Below are positions 59,124 through 64,000 of a stretch of 64,000 bases of DNA, piece after piece (within the stretch, counting starts at the first letter, position 1; every line of letters begins with the position of its first letter). The position numbers and the translations under genes are program-made. Origin of the DNA: Candidatus Omnitrophota bacterium (GTDB taxonomy: Bacteria; Omnitrophota; Gorgyraeia; Gygaellales; Profunditerraquicolaceae); the NCBI GenBank assembly GCA_026387355.1, contig JAPLLW010000007.1:170198-234197 (forward strand), written 5' to 3'. The notes beneath the pieces were generated by a model, which ran no database searches, was not told the origin of the DNA, and saw only the letters and a program-made list of their open reading frames with translations.

Positions 59124-60486
59124 CGAGTCTTTCTATATCGTCTTCGCCTAAGTAGCTACCGACCTGGACTTCTACGATTCTTACTGGTAAATTAGTTGGA
59201 TTCTCCAAACGATGCTTCATTCCCATTGGGATATAAACACTTCTATTTTTATCAGCAACCCAAACATGCTTTTCTGTAGTTATCTTTGCCTTTCCCGAAA
59301 CAACAACCCAATGTTCAGAACGACTCTTATGCCTTTGCAGACTAAGCCTCTTTTTAGGAGAAACTTCAATAAGTTTAATTTTGAATCCTACGCCTTCTTG
59401 CAGCACGGTAAATGAACCCCAGGGCCTCTTTTCTGTTAAATGCACCAAATGTTCTTTACGATTCAAAACCTTCATCATTTCAACTAACTTCTTAACCGAC
59501 TGAGTTTTACTTCTATCGCAAACAAGCAAAGCGTCAGGCGTATCTGCAATAACTATATCTTTAATCCCAATAGTAGAAACTAACCGATTACCTCTTGAAA
59601 ACACACATACGCCCTGACTATCCAAGTGCAGCACATCTTTATTAGAGATATTACCCTTTTTATCCTTTGGGAAAATCTCTGCAAGTGCATCCCAACTACC
59701 CAAATCCGTCCAATAAAAATTTGCTGGGATAAGCACAATTCGCCTGGAACGCTCCATAATTCCATAATCAACAGATATCGATTCTAGTTTCGGCCAAATC
59801 TTAGAGATATCATTAACTGAGTGAACCAGCTGTAAGTTGGCATACAATTTAGGCAGGTATTTTCTTGATTCCTCTAAGAAAGCCGAAGCCTTCCAGATAA
59901 ACATACCGCTGTTCCAATAAAAATGAGGATCTTTAAAATATTTTCTTGCTTTATTCAAATCCGGCTTCTCCAGAAACTTCTCAACACCTAAATGATTGTT
60001 CTTTTTTCCATTAACCTTAATATAGCCATAACCTGTAGATGGTAAAGTTGGCTTGAATCCTATCGTCACCAAGAAACCTTCCTTAGCAGAAACAATTGCT
60101 TTTTTTAGCGTTTGTTTAAAGTTATTGATATTCTTAATATAGTGATCTGAAGGTAAAACCAAAAGCACTGCGTTTTTATCAATTTGACTGATTAATTTTG
60201 CGCACAACCCAATTGCAGGCGCCGTATTTTTTCCTTCAGGCTCAAGAATAATATTCTTATCAGGAATACGGAACTTGGCAACCTGTGACTTAACCTCATA
60301 GAAGTAAATACTGTTCGTAATAATATAAGTTTGCGCAGGATTTACCAATCCTTTAACTCGCTGGATAGTTGCCTGCAGCAGACTTGTTTCTCCGAGTATC
60401 TTCATAAACTGCTTTGGCTCAAGTTCGCGGCTAAATGGCCAAAATCTGCTCCCCACGCCACCCGCTAAAATCACCGCATAATTCAT
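59086..60486 (-). CDS. manC: Mannose-1-phosphate guanylyltransferase / mannose-6-phosphate isomerase
   Basis: ILAGGVGSRFWP.SR..PKQF, EPEGKNTAPA, WNSGMF, RPWG, LSLQRH cupin. Confidence 0.93.
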   Translation of the reverse strand: MNYAVILAGGVGSRFWPFSRELEPKQFMKILGETSLLQATIQRVKGLVNPAQTYIITNSIYFYEVKSQVAKFRIPDKNIILEPEGKNTAPAIGLCAKLISQIDKNAVLLVLPSDHYIKNINNFKQTLKKAIVSAKEGFLVTIGFKPTLPSTGYGYIKVNGKKNNHLGVEKFLEKPDLNKARKYFKDPHFYWNSGMFIWKASAFLEESRKYLPKLYANLQLVHSVNDISKIWPKLESISVDYGIMERSRRIVLIPANFYWTDLGSWDALAEIFPKDKKGNISNKDVLHLDSQGVCVFSRGNRLVSTIGIKDIVIADTPDALLVCDRSKTQSVKKLVEMMKVLNRKEHLVHLTEKRPWGSFTVLQEGVGFKIKLIEVSPKKRLSLQRHKSRSEHWVVVSGKAKITTEKHVWVADKNRSVYIPMGMKHRLENPTNLPVRIVEVQVGSYLGEDDIERLDDDFKKECRASV

Positions 60487-61448
60487 ATAATATCTCCCTC
60501 CAACTTTTCTCTTACTTTCTTAAACACCTCATCTACCGTAATATCCTCTAATTTATCCTTCTCTATAATCACATGCCCTTCTCCCCACGGCCCCCATCGC
60601 TTAGCAGTCTTTCCGAGTAAATCATTTCTAAATAACGCTATAACCGGCGTCCCTACTGCCGCAGCCAAATGCACAGGCCCGCTATCTCCTGAAACTAGTA
60701 GCTTTGCTTTCTTCAAAACTTCAGCTAGCTCAATTAAGCTAGTCTTACCGGTAAGATTTATGCAAACTTCCTGTAACCTGCTAAAGAAATCTTTATTTCT
60801 TAGCAATTCTTCCTTCCCGCCAATAACCACTATATCCAACCCAACAAGTTTTCTAATTAATTCCTCAAACCTGCCAAGCGGCCATTGTTTAACCGGATCA
60901 CTTGTCCAGGGGTGAATTACCACTATATTAGAACCTTTAACTCCTCCTAATAAATCAGTATCTGCTACCCTTAAGGTAAGGCTCCTATCTTTAGTAGTAG
61001 CTCCTATCAAATTAACCAACTCTAAATTATAATCAACCTCATGCGCTCTGGCCATCTCTTTTTCATCCTTCATCTTGTGCGTAAGCAAGAATCCCCATTT
61101 TCTACTATAGCCAACACGCACAGGTATTCTTGCCAAGAAACTAATCAAATTAAATTCTTTAGAAGGATTAAATATAACAACCAGATCAAATTCCCTACCC
61201 CTAATTAACCCGCTAAACTCGACTACCTCTTTAAACGGATGCTTTTTTTCCTCCCAGATTATTGTATCGTCAACATACTCGATAGCATCAGCCAATTCCA
61301 CAACCTTAGGATTAACAACGATTGTAATGCGGGCTTGCGGAAAACGCTCTTTAAGTGCCCGTAACGCCGGTATGATTAATAAAAACTCACCAAACCTATC
61401 ATTACGCACTACTAAAATGTTTTTTGCCATTTTTCCCTCCAAAGACAC
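60483..61448 (-). CDS. GT9 heptosyltransferase family protein
   Basis: RNDRFGE, K.WP, GDSGPVHLAAAVGTP, RWGP; start probably MAKNIL. Confidence 0.88.
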   Translation of the reverse strand: MSLEGKMAKNILVVRNDRFGEFLLIIPALRALKERFPQARITIVVNPKVVELADAIEYVDDTIIWEEKKHPFKEVVEFSGLIRGREFDLVVIFNPSKEFNLISFLARIPVRVGYSRKWGFLLTHKMKDEKEMARAHEVDYNLELVNLIGATTKDRSLTLRVADTDLLGGVKGSNIVVIHPWTSDPVKQWPLGRFEELIRKLVGLDIVVIGGKEELLRNKDFFSRLQEVCINLTGKTSLIELAEVLKKAKLLVSGDSGPVHLAAAVGTPVIALFRNDLLGKTAKRWGPWGEGHVIIEKDKLEDITVDEVFKKVREKLEGDII

Positions 61449-61459
61449 ACTTTAATACT

Positions 61460-62707
61460 TTATGTTTTAGCTTTGTTACAACAAACTTTGTCTGTAAACC
61501 TACTCAAAGAAAGAATAATCCCTATCAAGTACCAGAAAACCATCACTACGCGTGGATAATAAAGGCTGGTTTCGGTCAAACCATTAACCAAAAATGAAAT
61601 TATACAAGCAATCACTGATAAAACGATTACCCTTAGATAATCATCCTTTAATTTACGGTAGGTATTTATTCCTAGCTTAAAAACTTCAAACAGAAACCAT
61701 AAAAAAGAAACCAATCCTAATAAACCAAGCTCTGCAGTTAATTGCATAAAACTATTATGCGCATATATCGAATCTCCGGTTTGTTCATAATCTTTCTCTG
61801 GAAACTTATACTTAGCATAATTCTTAATATATGTATTAACCCCAACACCTACGATAGGATGATGTTTAATCATGTTAAAAGTATTCCTGTAAATACTCAA
61901 GCGATCATAATTAAGCATAAATACGATCGGATTATAGTTAACTTCTTTTGCCCATTTCTTAATATTTTTAGGCATTACAAAAGGGAAAATTACAAGAATA
62001 GCGATTAAACCGACAATTAACCATTTCTTTCTACCCACTATACAAAGAAATAATGTAGTAACAAAAATGGCTAATCCTGTCCCTCTTGCAAATGTCAAAA
62101 ATGCACCTAATAAACCTAAAACCACCGGAAGAATCATGAATACTCTTTGTTTGCCTTTAAAATAAAGTAATGTTAATCCTACAACTAATGGAATTAACGC
62201 TGACATATATACACCAAATACATTTGGATCGGGGAATGAGGCTGATGCACGACGTAAACCTATATTATAATGAACAGCTATCCCGTGAACAAAATCCTGA
62301 CCCAAATAAAACTGCCAAAAGGCATCTATTGAAATAAATACAACGCCACAACAGATTGAAGTTACTATCCTAACAACGTGTTTTCTATCTCTAATTTCTT
62401 CGCCACAAACCAACAGAATTAAGAGATATTTTAAAAGCTTAATTATTCCTTGAAAACTCGTGCCATAGCTTACGGAGTTTATAAAAGAAGCCAGACTAGC
62501 TAAAATTATGCATAGGAAGGATAATAATACCCATTTGTTTATTTTAGGAGATTCTCTTTTTATTACTTTCTTTAAGATATAAAACACAGAAAATATACCA
62601 ATAAAAGCATTGGCCACTCCCGGAGCAATGACTACGGAAAAAGGCATTATAATAACTGACCAATAAATCATAAAATCTGCTATCTTTAGAATCTTCCTCA
62701 TAAACAT
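61460..62707 (-). CDS. O-antigen ligase family protein
   Basis: R..ASF.DPN, TFARG, HPIVGVG, AHNSFMQLTAELG. Confidence 0.85.
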   Translation of the reverse strand: MFMRKILKIADFMIYWSVIIMPFSVVIAPGVANAFIGIFSVFYILKKVIKRESPKINKWVLLSFLCIILASLASFINSVSYGTSFQGIIKLLKYLLILLVCGEEIRDRKHVVRIVTSICCGVVFISIDAFWQFYLGQDFVHGIAVHYNIGLRRASASFPDPNVFGVYMSALIPLVVGLTLLYFKGKQRVFMILPVVLGLLGAFLTFARGTGLAIFVTTLFLCIVGRKKWLIVGLIAILVIFPFVMPKNIKKWAKEVNYNPIVFMLNYDRLSIYRNTFNMIKHHPIVGVGVNTYIKNYAKYKFPEKDYEQTGDSIYAHNSFMQLTAELGLLGLVSFLWFLFEVFKLGINTYRKLKDDYLRVIVLSVIACIISFLVNGLTETSLYYPRVVMVFWYLIGIILSLSRFTDKVCCNKAKT

Positions 62708-63384
62708 CTCCCGAACAATCTAAATTTAAACATCGCTAAAACAGCCCAGAAAGCATCCGTTACCCTAATTTTCTTTCCCTCATGGTAAGAGCGCGGAAAG
62801 TAAGAAATGTGCACTTCTTTAATTCTAATCTTGTTAATTAAGGCCTTGCAAATAATCTCTACTTCGCTATCAAAACCAATTGTCTTAAGCTTAAAAGAAT
62901 TAAAAATATCCCTACGCGTAAGTTTATAACAAGTTGCGTAATCACTGATATTCGCACAAAAAAGAAAATTAACCATGAAGGTAAGGAATTTATTACCTGC
63001 TACGTGCATAAACAAACCCTTATAACCTTTAAAAAACCTTGCACCCAAAACCATATCCGCGCTACCATCTTTTATAGCATCAAATAAAACAAGATAATCA
63101 TTTGGGTCATACTCGAGATCAGCGTCCTGGATAATAACATATTCCCCTATAGCATTATTTAAGCCAGTTATGCAAGACGCCCCCTTACCGCGATTAGAAC
63201 TATGATAAATAATCTTAAGGTTATCGTAGCGCAATTCACTTAATATTTTTTGCGTACCGTCAGTTGAGCAATTATCTACAACGATTATCTCTTTTTCAAT
63301 ATTAACCGCATGAACTTTCTCAATTAGCTGCTTAACTGTCTTAGCTTCATTATAAACTGGAATAATTACTGATAACAAAGGCAT
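62698..63384 (-). CDS. GT2 polyprenol-phosphate glycosyltransferase (DPM synthase-like)
   Basis: IPVYNE, NRGKGA, QDADLEYDP, EGKKI. Confidence 0.9.
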   Translation of the reverse strand: MPLLSVIIPVYNEAKTVKQLIEKVHAVNIEKEIIVVDNCSTDGTQKILSELRYDNLKIIYHSSNRGKGASCITGLNNAIGEYVIIQDADLEYDPNDYLVLFDAIKDGSADMVLGARFFKGYKGLFMHVAGNKFLTFMVNFLFCANISDYATCYKLTRRDIFNSFKLKTIGFDSEVEIICKALINKIRIKEVHISYFPRSYHEGKKIRVTDAFWAVLAMFKFRLFGRCL

Positions 63385-63446
63385 AAAACCCCCATCCTAC
63401 ATCACTCCAAGAACCTTGCGTCGTTACTCTATATTTAAATCTATAA

Positions 63447-64000
63447 TTACTTACTAAAATTCGGCTCGTGCAATTTTTCTAATACGTAAAGACTGTTTAA
63501 TCCAAGTTGGAATAACTTAAAGTTATTCACTTTCAATCCACTCGACCTTGCTAAATCATAAATTTCATTTGGAATATAATAGTGCTTATGATCAGAAACA
63601 TTGTCAGCAACTAATTTGAATTTAAAAGCAATAAATTCCAAAATTGGTTTACACTGAAGTGTTGGAGTAGTTATAATTACGCGTCCATTCTTTTTTAAAA
63701 TTCTAGAAAACTCCAAAAAAAGAGCCACGACATCTTTTATTTCAATATGTTCTAGAACGGCAAGCAAAAAAACTTTATCAAAAAAATCATCTTTTAAAGG
63801 TAAATTACCTTGATATCTGTAATTTAATAAAACTAAATTCTCATTCTGCTGATTTACTATATCATAATCTAACCCATAGCCAAGTTTAAATTTATGTTTG
63901 AAATTAGTAAGTAGGTAATGCTGGACACCGCATCCAATATCAAGAATAACATCACCTTTTTCCACATACTTAGTCACCACAGATAAACGATACTTTGAAA
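63447..64000 (-). CDS. Class I SAM-dependent methyltransferase (5' end probably outside window)
   Basis: LDIGCG, FD.V..LAVLEH; frame is open to the window edge. Confidence 0.8.
   Translation of the reverse strand, partial: SKYRLSVVTKYVEKGDVILDIGCGVQHYLLTNFKHKFKLGYGLDYDIVNQQNENLVLLNYRYQGNLPLKDDFFDKVFLLAVLEHIEIKDVVALFLEFSRILKKNGRVIITTPTLQCKPILEFIAFKFKLVADNVSDHKHYYIPNEIYDLARSSGLKVNNFKLFQLGLNSLYVLEKLHEPNFSK

Noticed and set aside
820-62008. Remaining short plus-strand and nested minus-strand ORFs in the track
   Set aside because: All overlap well-supported minus-strand genes and show no motifs.
1-64000. tRNA, rRNA, prophage or IS elements
   Set aside because: No cloverleaf/T-loop signatures, rRNA-like segments, phage genes or transposase ORFs recognised by eye; not checked computationally.

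Overview
Bacterial chromosomal window in which essentially every credible gene lies on the minus strand; the plus-strand ORFs look like antisense shadows. Gene content and order are reminiscent of Candidatus Omnitrophota (PVC superphylum); this is a tentative inference. Layout: (i) 1-24.1 kb, an AT-rich surface-glycan cluster (GT2/GT4/GT11/GT-C transferases, ABC flippase, polymerase/ligase, LicC-like cytidylyltransferase, AsnB, CDP-alcohol phosphotransferase, methyltransferases); (ii) 24-37.7 kb, housekeeping genes (purC, pckG, trxB, lipA, def, panD, ackA, split pta, trxA); (iii) 37.7-45 kb, an accessory signalling island; (iv) 45-64 kb, MFS-spermidine synthase, gap, tandem galT-like genes, fmt, degenerate priA and LPS core/O-antigen genes. 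The island is the most interesting part. It has an operon of ECF sigma factor, soluble zf-HC2 anti-sigma and membrane-anchored CHAT (caspase-like) protease with TPRs. Downstream is a c-di-GMP-I riboswitch interrupted by four palindromic inserts whose removal restores a canonical aptamer, leading into an unannotated 34-aa basic peptide. Further on are a second unexplained structured leader RNA, a beta-propeller/TolC-like protein and a secreted 7-residue repeat protein. A GGGGTCAG..CTGACCCC palindrome family occurs at four sites, once in frame inside priA. No rRNA, tRNA, CRISPR array, integrase or transposase was seen.
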